Origin: Pristiophorus japonicus
Taxonomy: Eukaryota
DNA length: 64,000 bases
NCBI RefSeq assembly: GCF_044704955.1
Contig: NC_091995.1
Location: 47,120,001-47,184,000 of the forward strand
Direction: 5' to 3'
Position 1 is the stretch's first letter. Each line of letters opens with the position of its first letter. The notes under the pieces are model-generated. The model saw only the letters and a list, made by a program, of their open reading frames with translations. It did no database searches and was not told the DNA's origin. Shown piece after piece: positions 25,340 through 39,195 of this stretch. Made by a program: the position numbers and the translations under genes.

Positions 25340-26800
25340 AACATTAGAATTGTGTCTCTGGCCTTTTCTTGCTGCCACGGCATCTATGTGATTGATCCAG
25401 GTGAGGGTCTGGCCAATGTTGACCACAAGATGTTGATGGAGGGTGATTGGGTGATGGTAATGCCATTGAATATCAATGGAAAGTGCTTAGAAACTCTTTG
25501 TTGGACACGCATTTTATGGCATGAATTATACTTGTTCATTGGCAGCACGTGGATGAATGCTGTCCAAATTTTGCTGCATGCATTCATGGGCTGTTTCACT
25601 AAATGCAGAATACTGAATGGCACAGAACAGTGTGTGACAAGCCCAACTTCTGTCCTGAGGGCAGGAGTATCATTTATGAAGCAGCTGAAAATAGCGGAGT
25701 TGACATGATAAAAAATGACAAAAATGCATGTAAAGATAATGTTTATAATTCTTGATTCCTCTTTTTCTGAAACTTCACCTGTGAAACTACCCCTCTTCTT
25801 CCATGAAAGTCACCCAATGTGAAACTACAGCACTGTGGCACGCCCCTCCCGTGAAGTTACTGCCTTAGAAACTCTCTGCCCGCCCCAACCCCATGCAATT
25901 TTTGTTCCATCTTTTCCATGCAAACCGAAAATGGCCACCAATTCTCATGGAACATGGGACCACATTTTGCATTCACCAATGAACGAGCGGCACGAGCAAT
26001 TGTACTTGCCCATAGACATTCTAAAGGCGTCTCAACTGGAATTTCCTGGACAACGTTCAGGCTTGAGCTGATAAGTGGCAAGTAATGTTCATGCTACAAA
26101 AGATTCACACAATGACCATCTCCAACTGGGAGAGACTTTCCATCTTCCCTTGACATTCGATAGCATGTCCATCACCAAATCACCACCATCAACATCCTGC
26201 GGGTCACCATTGACCAGACTTAACTGGACCAGCTACAAAAATACGTTGGCTACAAGAGCAGATCAGAGGCCGGGTACTCTGCCGTGTGTGAGTAGCCTTC
26301 TGTCTCCCCAAATCCTTTCCACAATCTAAAAGGCGCAAGTCAGGGGTGTAATGGACTCTTCTTCACTTGCCTGAATGAGTGCAGCACCAACAACACCCAA
26401 GAAGCTCTGCACCACTCAGGACGAAGCAGCCTGCTTGATTTGTAATCCATACCTCATATTAAAACATTTTCTCCCTCCATTACTTCTTCGACAGCACCTC
26501 CCAAACATGAGACCTCTGCTACTTAGAGGGACCAGGCAACCGGCACATGGGAACAACATTACCTGCAAGTTCCCCTCCAAATCACACATGATCCTGACTT
26601 GGAAATGTATCGCCATTTCTTTGTCATCGCTGGGTCAAAATCCTGTAACTCCTTCCCTAACAGCACTGCAGGAGAAACTTCACCTTACGGACTGTAGCGG
26701 TTCAAGAAGTTGACACACCACCACCTTCTGAAGGGCAATTAGGGATGGGCAATAAATGCTGGCCTTACCAGACACACCCACACCCCTTATCGAATAAAAT
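25340..26800. mobile_element. Fragments of divergent CR1-like LINE in both orientations
   Basis: Minus fragment ~25340-25700 (PLIFNGITITQSPSINIL) and plus fragment ~26050-26800 ending gggcaattagggatgggcaataaatgctggcctt. Confidence 0.55.
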
Positions 26801-27959
26801 ATATGATCCAGGGAGCAATCCTAATATCTTCGGTAGTGCATGAGTTAAGCTTTTTTTCCCCATATGGCAACTCCCTGTGATTTTCAGTCGTTTCGTCAGG
26901 TGAGCTTGTAGAATAAATTTGTCCTGGTGCCAGAAATGAATGAGTTGGAGTGATCAAATTGCATTGTGTGTAATCGAAATGGATGCTGCAATTTAAAGGG
27001 CATACCTGACGACATTGAAATAGAGCTCTCTAGTCGACTACTCCACATAGTGGATTACTGATGTAATAACAGTACCAACCATATGCTGTGCACAGTTCTT
27101 ATGTTCGTGCAAGTGTGTGCATTAGCTGTGTCTCAAGATATCAGATTAGCGGTGATTATGCGATTTTTGTTTTCCCTAGTTGAAAATGTTGTTGGTGGAT
27201 AAGCCTGCTAACCGTTAGAGACATTGTTGGAAGCTCTTAATTTTGCAGAAAAGTTTAAACAGCCAAGGTAAATTTCAATCACATGTGGCTGACCTATCGA
27301 TGTTGCCAGAGTCGAGATGGCTGTGCCTATGGGAATAATAGGGTGCTTGCGTGAGTTCCAATACAACCGACATACTTTTGGAGCTATGTGGAGTGGCTAG
27401 AAATGTTTTTCACCGCGAATAATGTCATTCAAGTCCCCGATGCTGATCTTAAATAAATGTGATTACAAAGGTATGAAGGCAGAGTTGACTAAAGTGGGCT
27501 GGGAAAATAGATTAACGTGTAAGACGGTTAATAATCAGTGGCAGACATTTAACGAGATATTTAATAACTTTCAAAAAATATATATTCCAGGGAAAAGGAA
27601 ATACTTTAAAAGAAGGGAATGCCATCCCTTCGGCTGCAACTTAGTCTGGAACTGAGGTCTTTGGATGGAGGATTGCTGTCAGGGGCTTATAATCAGCAAC
27701 TATCTTAAAGTAAGTTAATCTCTTTGGTTTATGTATACCATGCAAATTATGTATAATGCTTATTTTGTTATGATTAACTTCTTCTATAAGCAGGAAGATG
27801 TGTAATTGAGCCTCTAGTGGACGTCTCCACCGAGTGGACTACGGATGTAATGACAATAAAACCATGCACTATGCACAGTTCTTATTCAGCAGCCATGTTA
27901 GTGCAAGTGTGTATTATCAGTGTCTCAAGATATCACAGACATAAATCGTTCCCGTCCTT

Positions 27960-28331
27960 GTTTACACATCCCTCCATTTCCTCGCCCCTCCCTGTCTTTG
28001 TAATCTTTTTCAGCCTCACAACACCACAAGATGTCTGTGCTCCTCAAATTATGCCCTCTTGGGCATCCCTGATTATAACTGCTCAACCATTGGTGGCCAT
28101 GCCTCCAGCTGCTTGGGCCCTGAGCTCTGGAACTCCCTCCCTAAACCTCTCAGCCTCTCTACCTCTATTTATTCCTTAAGACCCTCCTTAAAACCTACCT
28201 CTTTAACTAAGCTTTTGATCATCTGCAGTTATTTCTTCTTATGTGGTTCGATATGAAATCTATCTGTTTGTCTTATATTGGGATGTTTTACTACATTAAG
28301 GGCGCTATATAAAAACGTTGTTGTTGTTGTT
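27960..28331 (+). mobile_element. L2-type LINE/SINE 3' end
   Basis: LWNSLPKPL motif; ends aagggcgctatataaaaa(gtt)n. Confidence 0.65.
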
Positions 28332-29599
28332 AATCATTAAAGTGGGGAAACCGTGACGACAATGTAGGCAAGGGAGTATCTCAGCAAATGAGCTCGTGAG
28401 CTGAAAGTTGCATTTAGATGGGTGTGAAGAGATCTCCCTCCAGCTTTTATTATTTTCAGAGCAGATGAGAAACAACAGTTTGCCACTTACTGGGCTATCA
28501 CACTACAGCAAACCCGAAAGATGTGTATCTGTGTAATGTGCATCCTGTGCACCACCGATGCAGTGCCAGCAACCCGTGTCCCACCACGAGCTCTTTTGAC
28601 AATCTCTCCAGCTTTTTGTTAGATTTGGCAGCAGCTATGCAAATAAAATAACTGTTGAAAATTGATTAAAATGTTTATACAGGTCATATCTGAATACCAA
28701 CCATTCTACTAATTACAATGCTCTGTATTTTGTGGACCACACGTCTGGTACAGTATACCGATCACGTTGCCGAGGTATGGAGCGGGCTGAATCTAGGGCT
28801 GTGTGCAGATGCCCTACAAGTCAGTGTGAAATATTTTGATATTACATTAGGCCATAACACTGTATCACTGAGAAACTTAACTCTCGCTGCGCATTTATAG
28901 GGGTCAAACATCAGGATACCACCCTGCTCGCGGTTTGAATGTGCTTGCTTAAAAAACAGGATTGAATATTAAGTGGTGATTAATATTATTACAATATTAT
29001 ACGCTTAAATGCTAAATCACAAAGGTTATATGCACAGCAGGCACAGTACCTCCTGTACATCGGTTTACATTATCATTGATGTAATTTATAAATAAGGCCT
29101 CGAATCTGTACGGGTGGTTCTATAACATCAGTGTGTTGCCTGATTCGTGTCTAAAGTTGCATATAAAATTACATGCCAAATGATTGGATTAAACTCTAGA
29201 ATGTATTCACATTCACAACAAGATATAGATTTTCTGTTCACCTTGCATCTTTAATACAAACATCCACCTCGCTCACTTTCCCATCTCAGTAAAGATCAGT
29301 TAATAGGATAAAAGAACTTCGTACTCGAGCAGACTGAATAAGTGCAAAGATTGATCAAGGGAGTTAAAATGCGCTTTTACTTTACAAAACAATTGCTGGC
29401 CGCTTTTAATATTAATTGAGGGAGAACGCTAAAAGTGAGACTGAGCACAGTGATACAGATAGACACCAAAAGAGTGAGACTGATGAAGGTGAGAATCATA
29501 GTGATAAAGGTGAGACTGAGTACAGTGAGCAGTACATATGTATCTCAATATCAGCTCCTGTACATGGAAAGTGTACAATGGGTAAAAGGGACGCTTCAC

Positions 29600-29910
29600 T
29601 CCTGACTGGTATAGTACAGTCCTTGAATTTGTACTCCCCTACACCTCCCGGTTTATATTTCTGCTCATTTATACTCCACTCTCAAATTATTCTACTCCCT
29701 GTGTAACACCTCCCCAGTGAAATTGCCCTACTGTGAAACTCCCCGCTGTGTAACTACCCTTGTGAATCTCCCTGCCTTGAAACTCGCATCTGTAAAACAC
29801 CCACAACAACGAAACTCCCCTCCTGTGAAAATCTAACTGTGAAAAAATCCGCTGATATCGCACTGTGGAATTCCCCACCCCGCCAATAAAACTCATCGCT
29901 GTGAAACCAG
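29600..29910. repeat. Degenerate tandem repeat (ctgtgaaactcccc-like); similar tract at ~25770-25870
   Basis: Repeated ctgtgaaact/ctgtgtaact/ctgtggaatt units. Confidence 0.55.
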
Positions 29911-29939
29911 CCCTCTTTCCAACCAACATTCTCTTCTGA

Positions 29940-32900
29940 GCACCGTTAGGGTGATGGTATCTCTGGGGAGTGCAGCCAGAGCCACGACAGGGCACCACGG
30001 GTGGCGCAGCTGCACAGGGGGGAGGGGCGAAGAATAAAAGCGCTGTAGTGAAAGGGGATTCAATAGTCAGGGGAGCAGACAGGCGTATCTGCGGCCATAG
30101 ATGTCACTCCAGGATGGTATGGTGCCTCCCTGGTGCCAGGGTCAAGGATGTCACAGAGCAGGTGCAGGGCATTCTGGGGCAAGAGGGTAAACAACTAGAG
30201 GTCGAGGTCCATATCGGGATCAACAACATAGGTAGAAAAGGGGATGAGGCCCTGCAGGCAAAATTTAGGGAGCTAGGAGAAAAATTAAAGGGTAGGACCT
30301 CACATGGAGTAATCTCTGGGTTGCTACAGGTGCCATGTTCTAATGAGTATAAGAATAGAAGGATAGGGAGGAAGGACGCGTGCCTGGAGAGTTTGTGCAG
30401 GAGGGTGTGTTTTAACTTCCTGAGGCACTGGGACCGCTTCTGGGGGAGATGGGACCTGTACAAACCAGATGTGTTGCACCTCAACAGCGCAGGGACCAAT
30501 ATCCTCGTGCGGAGTTTTGCTAGTACTGTTGGGGAGAGTTTAAAGTAGCTTGGCAGAGTGATGGGAACCAGAGAACAAATTCAATAGGGAAGGAAGTAAA
30601 ACTGAAATTGGATAGCAAGAAATTATAAAGTAAATCTGTAAGACAGAGCAAACAAGGTAAGTAGTAATCAAGGAGGTCTTCCTATGTTAATTGTTGTATA
30701 CTTTAATGCAAGGAGTATAGTGAATGAGGCGGATGGGCTAAGAGCACAGGTAAACACTTGGGAGTATGACATTATAGCCATTACAGAGACATGGCTGAAA
30801 GAGGGGCAAGTTTGGCAGCTCAATGTTCCTGGTTACTGGATTTTTAGGCGTGACAGAGAGGGGGTTAAAGGGGGTGGCGTGGTCGAGGTATTGATTAAAG
30901 AAACTATTACAGCGTTGAGGAGGGATGATATGTTAGAGGAATCATCAAATGAGGCCATATGGGTCGAATTGAAAAATTAAAGGGTAGGACCTCACATGTA
31001 GTAATCTCCGGGTTGCTACAGGTCCCATGTTCTAATGAGTATAAGAATAGAAGGATAGGGAGGAAGGACGCGTGCCTGGAGAGTTTGTGCAGGAGGGTGG
31101 GCGTAAAAATAAAAAAGGGATGGTGGCTCAACCGTGGCTATCAAGGGAAATCAGGGATAGTATTAAAGCCAAGGAAGTGGCATACAAATTGGCCAGAAAT
31201 AGCAGTGAACCTGGGGACTGGGAGAAATTTAGAACTCAGCAGAGGAGGACAAAGGGTTTGATTAGGGCAGGGAAAATAGAGTATGAGAGGAAGCTTGCAG
31301 GGAACATTAAGACGGACTGCAAAAGTTTCTATCGTTATGTAAAGCGAAAAAGATTAGCAAAGACAAACGTAGGTCCCCTGTAGTCAGAATCAGGGGAAGT
31401 CATAGCTGGGAACAAAGAAATGGCAGACCAATTGAACAAGTACTTTGGTTCGATATTCACAAAGGAGGACACAAACAACCTTCCCGATATAAAAGTGGTC
31501 AGAGGGTCTAGTAAGAAGGAGGAACTGAGGAAAATCCTTATTAGTCGGAAAATTGTTTTGGAGAAATTGATGGGATTGAAGGCCGATAAATCTCCAGGGC
31601 CTGATGGACTGCATCCCAGAGTACTTAAGGAGGTGGCCTTGGAAATAGTGGATGCATTGACAGTCATTTTCCAACATTCCATAGACTCTGGATCAGTTAC
31701 TATCGAGTGGAGGGTAGCCAATGTAACCCCACTTTTTAAAAAAGGAGGGAGAGAGAAAACAGGTAATTATGGACCGGTCAGCCTGAGCTCAGTAGTGGGT
31801 AAAATAATGGAATCAATTTATTAAGGATGTCATAGCAGCGCATTTGGAAAGAGGTGATATGATAGGTCCAAGTCAGCATGGATTTGTGAAAGGGAAATCA
31901 TGCTTGACAAATCTTCTGGAATTTTTTGAGGATGTTTCCAGTAGAGTGGACAAGGGAGAACCAGTTGATGTGGTATATTTGGACTTTCAGAAGGCTTTCG
32001 ACAAGGATCCACACAAGAGATTAATGTGCAAAGTTAAAGCACATGGGATTGGGGTTAGTGTGCTGACATGGATTGTGAACTGGTTGTCAGACAGGAAGCA
32101 AAGAGTAGGAGTAAATGGGTACTTTTCAGAATGGCAGGCGGTGACTAGTGGGGTACCGCAAGGATCTGTGCTGGGGCCCCAGCTGTTTACATTGTACATT
32201 AATGATTTAGACGAGGGGATTGAATGTAGTATCTCCAAATTTGCGGATGACACTAAGTTGGGTGGCAGTGTGAGCTGCGAGGAGGATGCTATGAGTCTGC
32301 AGAGTGACTTGGATAGGTTAGGTGAGTGGGCAAATGCATGGCAGATGAAGTATAATGTGGATAAATGTGAGGTTATCCACTTTGGTGGTAAAAACAGAAT
32401 GACAGACTATTATCTGAATGGTGACAGATTAGAAAAAGGGGAGGTGCAACGAGACCTGGGTGTCATGGTACATCAATCAGTGAAGGTTAGCATGCAGGTA
32501 CAGCATGCAGTTAAGAAAGCAAATGGCATGTTGGCCTTCATAGCGAGGGGATTTGAGGATAGGGGCAAGGAGGTGTTGCTACAGTTGTACAGGGCCTTGG
32601 TGAGGCCACACCTGGAGTATTGCATGCAGTTTTGGTCTCCTAATTTGAGGAAGGACATTCTTGCTATTGAGGGAGTGCAGCGAAGGTTCACCAGACTGAT
32701 TCCCGGGATGGCGGGACTGACATATCAAGAAAGACTAGCTCAACTGGGCTTGTATTCACTGGAGTTCAGAAGAATGAGAGGGGATCTCATAGAAACGTTT
32801 AAAATTCTGATGGGTTTAGACAGGTTAAATGCAGGAAGAATGTTCCCAATGTTGGGGAAGTCCAGAACCAGGGGTCACAGTCTAAGGATAAGGGGTAAGC

Positions 32901-35063
32901 CATTTAGGACCGAGATGAAGAAAAACTTCTTCACCCAGAGAGTGGTGAACCTGTGGAATTCTCTACCATAGGAAGTTGTTGAGGCCAATTCAATAAATAT
33001 ATTCAAAAAGGAGTTAGATATCGTCCTTACTACTAGGGGGATCAAGGGGTATGGCGAGAAAGCAGGAATGGGGTACTGAAGTTGCATGTTCAGCCATGAA
33101 CTCATTGAATGGCGGTACAGGCTCGAAGGGCCGAATAGCCTACTCCTGCACCTATTTTCTATGTTTCTATGTTTCTATAAAAATGTGGTGATCTCAAAGC
33201 TGGCGTCTATTATAGATCCCCAAACAGTGAGAGGGAGATAGAGGAGAAAATATGTAGGCAAATCTCTGTGAAGTCCAAAAACCATAGGGCAGTAATTGTA
33301 GGGGATTTTACCTATCCTAATATTGATTGGGACAAATATAGTGTGAAGGGTATAAATGGTGCGTCATTTTGAAAATGCATTCAAGAGAACTTTTTAAGTC
33401 AGTATTTAACAAGCCCATCATGAGAGGGGCAGTTTTGGATTTAGTTTTGCTGAATAAACCTGTGCAGGTGGAAAGGTTATTAGTGGGAGAGCACTTGGGT
33501 GCCAATAATCACAATTCAGTCAGATTCAAGTTAGTTATGGATAAGGATAAGGATAGACCAGGAATAAAAGTCCCAAATTGGTGAAAAGCTAACTTTGCTA
33601 AGTTGTGGAGTGATTTGGCGACAGTGACTGGAAACAGCTACTTGCAGGTAAATCAGTGTCGGAACAGTAGGAGGCATTCAAGGAGATCTGGAGAGCTCAG
33701 GCCAAACATGTGCCCTAAAAGAAAAAGGATAGGAATAACAATTCCAGAGCCCCCTGGATGCCTAGGGACTTACAGGGAAGGATAAAGGAAAAAAAGGAAT
33801 GCTTGTGTCATATATCGACATCTAAATACTGTGGAATCTTTGGATGAATATGGAAAGTTCAGAGGTAAATTTAAAAAGGATATTATGAATGCTAAGAGAG
33901 AGCATGAAAAAATATTGGCAAGTAAAATTAAGGCAAACCCAAAGATGTTCTATAAATATATTAAAGCAAGAGGATAATTAAAGAAAGAGTAGGGCCTGTT
34001 AGAGACCATGAGGGTAATCTTTGTGTGGAGACGGAAGATGATGGGACGGCTCTTAATGAATACTTTGCGTCTCTTTTCACAAAGGAAAGGGGCATTGCAG
34101 ATACTGCTATTGAGGAGGAGTGTGACATTCTGGATGAAATAATCATAGTTGGAGGGGAGGTATTAAGCGGTTTAGCAGCTTTGAAAGTAGATAACTCCCC
34201 TGGCCCGGATGAAATGCATCCCAGTCTGTTGAGCGATGCAAAAGAGAAAATAGCAGAGGTCCTGACCATCATTTTCCAGTCCTCTTTGGATTTGGGCATG
34301 GTGCCGGAGGATTGGAGGACTGTTAATGAAGTATGCTTGTTTAGGAAGGGAGAAAGGGATAGGCCGAGTAATTACATGCCTGTCAGCCTAACCTGAGTGG
34401 TGGGAAAATTATTGAAAAAAATACTGAAAAACAGGATGAGTCTACATTTAGAAAGGCAAGGATTAATTAGGGAGAGTCAGCACAGATGTTTTAAGGGAAG
34501 ATCGTGTTTGACTAGCCTGATTGAATTTTTTGAGGAAGTAACCAGGAGGAACGACGAGGGTAGTGCATACGATGTATTGTATATGGACTTTAGCAAAGCT
34601 TTTATAAGGTCCCACATGGTAGACTGGTTACGAAGGTTCAAGCCCATGGGATGCAGGGCAAAGTAACAAGTTGTATCCAAAATTGGCTTAGAGGTAGGAA
34701 GCAAAGGGTAATGGTTGATGAATGTTTTTGTGATTGGAAGGATGTTGCCAATGGGTTTCCACAGGGCTCAGTATTGAGCCCCTTGCTTTTGTAGTATTAC
34801 ATAAACGATCTAGATTTGAATATAGGTAATATGATTAAGAAGTTTGCAGCTGATAATAAATTTGGCTGTGTGGTTGATAATGAAGAGGAAAGTCATGGAC
34901 TGCAGGAGGATATCAATCTACTGGTCAGGTGGGCAGAACAGTGGCAAATGGAATTTAATTCGGAGAAGTGTGAGGTCATGCACTGGGGAGGGGTAATATA
35001 TTAAACAGTCGGCCATTTAAAAGTGTAGATGAACAAAGGAACTTTAGAGTGGTTGTCCACAGA
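29940..35063 (+). mobile_element. Older CR1 LINE (ORF1 SGNH-esterase, EN, RT), interrupted at 30977 by a younger CR1 and cut at 35063 by Tx1
   Basis: ORF1 29970-30548 (GDSIVRG, CLPGARVKDV, HIGINNIG, DVLHLN); EN 30684-30980 resumes at 33178; RT 34397-35004; ends at the QRxLxVVVHR site. Confidence 0.9.
31100..33177 (+). mobile_element. Young 5'-truncated CR1 nested in older CR1
   Basis: 375-aa RT/C-terminal ORF 31844-32971 (SKFADDTKL), (TTTCTATG)n tail ending 33177. Confidence 0.92.
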
Positions 35064-35293
35064 GCTCTTTTTGGTTGGATGACGAAATAAACATTAAATC
35101 AAATGCCCCCCAATCTGGGGGACACTCCAAATATTTTTCAAACTGCCCTTTTTTTTTTGTTTTCTTTTTTTTTGACTTAAAATTTTTTTTTGGGGGGCCA
35201 TAAAATAGTAATTTTCACAAGTGCCCCCTATAAAAGGGAAGGGGGACACTAAACCCGGCGATTAAAACAAGTCAAACTGTAAAATAAATAAAA

Positions 35294-38200
35294 TCAAATT
35301 AAAATTTGGTTGTCGGGCGTGATGATGCACTCCAGTCCCTCCGGCACTGACCTCTCGCGGAAGGCCGCGAGCGTACCAGTGGACACCGCGTGCTCCATCT
35401 CCAAGGACACCCTGGCGCGGATGTACGCGCGGAAGAGAGGCAGGCAGTCAGGCTGAATGACCCCCTCGACCGCCCGCTGCCTGGACCGGCTGATGGCACC
35501 CTTGGCCGTGCCCAGGAGCAGTTCTACGAGGAAGCCCTCGGACCCACCCGCTCCCCTCCGCACAGGGTGCCCAAAGATCAGGACTGTGGGACTGAAGTGC
35601 AGCCAGAATTTCAGGAGCAGCCCCTTTAAATAATAAAACAGGGGCTGCAACCTCGTGCATTCGATAACAACATGGAACACGAACTCTTCCAGACCACAGT
35701 AATTGCAGGCGGACTGGGAGCCCGTGAACTGGCTTAAATATTTATTGCACGGCACTGCTCCGTGCACCACCCTCCAGGCCAAGTCCCCGATAAATAGTGG
35801 GAGGACTCCCGCGTAGAGTGCCCTCCATCAGGGACCCCCGCCTCCTCCGGATAGCAAGATGGTATGCCATGGCGTATCCGAAAGGCAGGCGAGGATGGCA
35901 AAATTGAGAGTGTGCAGGAGCAGCCCATACAGGAAACCCCTCCGCGCGGAACTGAAAGGCACGGAGGGGATTTCACCGAGGCGGCTCAAGTTGTGAGGCG
36001 CCGGCTCCCGAGGGAGGTTCCGGGTATTGGCGGCGATGAGGAATTCCGTCCGGACGGGGGTCAGTTCGGACGGGATCTCCCCACGTGCCTGAGCCTCCTC
36101 GATGCACCTAACGGAGTCGGGGCCCAGAACTGTTTTTAGCGACTCGATGGCATCGGCCGCGCGGCGGACGTCGGCTGAATTTAGGCGCCGCACCAGCGTG
36201 TCTGGCACCATCCAGCCCGCTCCTCCACCATCAAGCAGGTCCCTGACCCTCGTCACAACACCAGCCACTGCCCTCTCGTCCGACTGCCAGCTAAAACCTC
36301 GGTCGTGGAGGTACGGATTCCCGAGCAGCGGCTCCTGCAGGACAGCCACCACTCCAGCCGGTGCAGAGTTGCGCTTGGTGGAGACTTTGTTCCAGACCCT
36401 GATGAGTTCCTTGTAAAAGACAGGCAGCTCCTGGATGGCGGTCCTGACGCCCCCCGAGCTTACAAACAGGAGCTGCGTGTCGTAGTTGAGGCCGTGCTGC
36501 TGGCGGAAGAAATACGTCGCCAGAGCATGCCACCTAGGAGGGGGCTCGACGTCAAGGTATCTCTGCAGGGTCTGAAGACGGAAAGTCACGAGCTGGGTGC
36601 TGACGCACACCAACGACTGACCGCCCTCCCCAAGCGGGAGACTCAAAACCGCGGCAGAGACCCAGTGCTTCCCAGTCCACCAGCTTCTTCTGTATCTTGG
36701 TGACAAACGCAGTGGGAGGGGTCAAAGTGACCAGCCAGTACCACAACATGGCAGCCACCAGCTGGTTTATGACTAGCGCTCGACCCCGGTAGGACCGCAC
36801 TCGGAGCAGTCCTGTCCAGCGCCCTAGGCGAGCGGCGACCTTGGCCTCCAGCTCTTGCCAGTTCGCCGGCCAGGCTTCCTCGTCGGGGCTAAGGTAGACT
36901 CCCAGATAGAGGAGATGGGTCGTGCTCCAGGCAAAAGGCCTGAGCTCCTCCGGCAGGAAGTCCACCCGCCAGTGACCCACCAGGAGTCCGAAACATTTCT
37001 CCCAGTTGATCCTGGCGGAGGATGCGGCCGAGTAAATCTCCTGGCACTCACGCATCCTCCGCAGGTCAGCGGGATCCTCTACCGCAAGGAGCACGTCATC
37101 GGCGTAAGCCGAGAGGACGACCTCCACGCCCGGCCCTTGCAGAGCCAGTCCCATCAACCTCGTCCGCAAGAGGCGCAGGAAAGACTCCACGCAGATGGCA
37201 TATAACTGGCCGGACATGGGGCATCCCTGGCGCACCCCTCTCCCAAAGCGAAGGGGCGCCATCAAGGACCCGTTAACCTTAATCAGACACTCCGCGGCAG
37301 CGTACAAAAGTCGTATCTGGGCGACGAAATGCGTCCCGAACCCGAAAGCGCGCAGAGTCCCAAACAGATAGTCGTGATCCACCCTGTCGAACGCCTTCTC
37401 TTGGTCGAGAGATAGGAAGGCGACCGACAGACCAGCCTCCTGGGAATGATGGATGAGGTCCCGGACCAGATGGATGTTATCGTGGATTGTCCGGCCCAGG
37501 ACCGTGTAGGACTGGTAGGGGTGGATCATGTGGTCCAGCACGGCACCAAGGCGAGTATTCATCGCCCTGGCGAAGATTTTGCAGTCCGTGCTGAGGAGGG
37601 AGACCGGGCGCCAGTTCTTAAGGAGGCGGAGATCGGCCTTCTTAGGCAGCAGGACGATGACTGCCCTGCGCCAAGAAAGGGGCATCTCCCCGGTCGCCAG
37701 ACTTTCCCCCAGGGCCCACGCGTAGTCACCCCCCAGGATGTCCCAGAACGCCATGTGGAACTCCACGGTCAGCCCGTCCAGCCCCGGGGCTTTTCCTCTC
37801 GAGAGCCGGTCGAGGGCGCCGGTCAGCTACGCCAGGCTTAGCGGAGCTTCCAGATTTTCGGCGCCCTCCGGGCTGACCTTCGGCAGCTCCTCCCACAAAA
37901 CTCTGCGCGCTTCCTCGCTGGATGGCTCCGGAGAGAACAGAGCCCCGTAATATTCACGGGCCCTGTTGTTGACGCCCTCCGGATCCGAGACGAGAGAGCC
38001 GTCGTCGACCAGCAGTGTCCAGAGCTGCTTACGGACACTCTGTCTTTTTTCCAGCGAGTAGAAGAAGGGGGAGCCGCAGTCCAGATCCAGCAGGAACCGG
38101 ATCCGCGACCTCACGAACGCGCCTCGGGACCCGATGAGCTGCAGGTCCTTCAGCGCGGCCTTCTTCGCTTCGTACACCGTCCGCAGGGCCGGGTCCTCGA

Positions 38201-39165
38201 CGACTTGACCGAGACGGGACTCCAGGTCGAGCACCTCTTTTTCTAGGCGCCCGACCCTGGCCGCCCGCCTCTTGGTCGACCCCCTCGCGTACTCTTGACA
38301 GAAGACGCGGACGTGAGCCTTGCCCACGTCCCACCATAGCCTCAAGGAGGGGAAGCCCCCCTGCTTCCTTCTCCAGTCGGACCAGAATCGACGGAACGAG
38401 TCCTGGAACCGCATGTCTTCCAGCAGCTGGTTGTTAAAATGCCAGTACGTGGACCCCGTCCTCGCGCGGAGCGAATCGAGCTCCGCCCACACCAGTTGGT
38501 GGTCCGAACACGGCACCGGTCACATGGAGGCCGCCGGGACGCAGGAAACGTACGCCCGAGACACGTAAAGGCGGTCGACTCTAGACCATCCAATTCCAGG
38601 CCTCACCCAAGTAAAGGCGCTGGAGTCGGGGTGGAGATTTCGCCAGACATCCACCAAGTCGAAGGACCCGACCAGGTCCCTCAACTTCTCGATCACTGTA
38701 GTGCTCTGCGGGGCACCGGAGCGGTCCCTCGCCTGGAGGGTGCAGTTAAAATCCCCCCCGAGGACAATGCAGTCGCCGACATCGACGGAGCCAAGAAGAG
38801 CGGACACTTCTTCGAAGAAGCGCGTTTGCTGCGGGCCGGGCTGAGGGGCGTACAATTTCACGAGATGGAACGGCGCAGCCCCCAGGTGAACTGTGACGTG
38901 CAGCCAGCGGCCTGGCATGGGCTCCTCGACCCCCAAGATCTCAGGCTGAAAATGCGGGGCCAGCAAGTTGGCCACCCCACAAGAAGTGGCTGTAAGGTGG
39001 CTCATGCGGACCTCTCCTTGCCATTCCAGGAGCCACGTGGCTTCGTTTCCCGGAACGGTGTGGGTTTCTTGCAGGAAGCACACCGCATATTTCCCCTCCC
39101 GCAGGAGCGAAAAATTGTGCCTCTCTGCCGCCATTGATGTTGAGGCTGGCTATGGTTATCTTCAT
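35294..39165 (-). pseudogene. Tx1 copy 1 ORF2 (EN-RT-Zn finger), frameshifted
   Basis: Starts MKITIASLNING at 39165; pieces 38520-39134 (FLQETH, LGGDFNC, SRVDRLY), 37827-38516, 36552-37766 (NWRPVSLL, LDQEKAFDRV, GVRQGCPMS, YADD), 35828-36706, 35294-35782. Confidence 0.9.
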
Positions 39166-39195
39166 GACAAAAGCATAGTGCAACCTCTACCTAAC

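Noticed and set aside
25079-25708. 209-aa plus-strand ORF
   Set aside because: Largely antisense to a degraded CR1-like fragment; no domain or exon signals.
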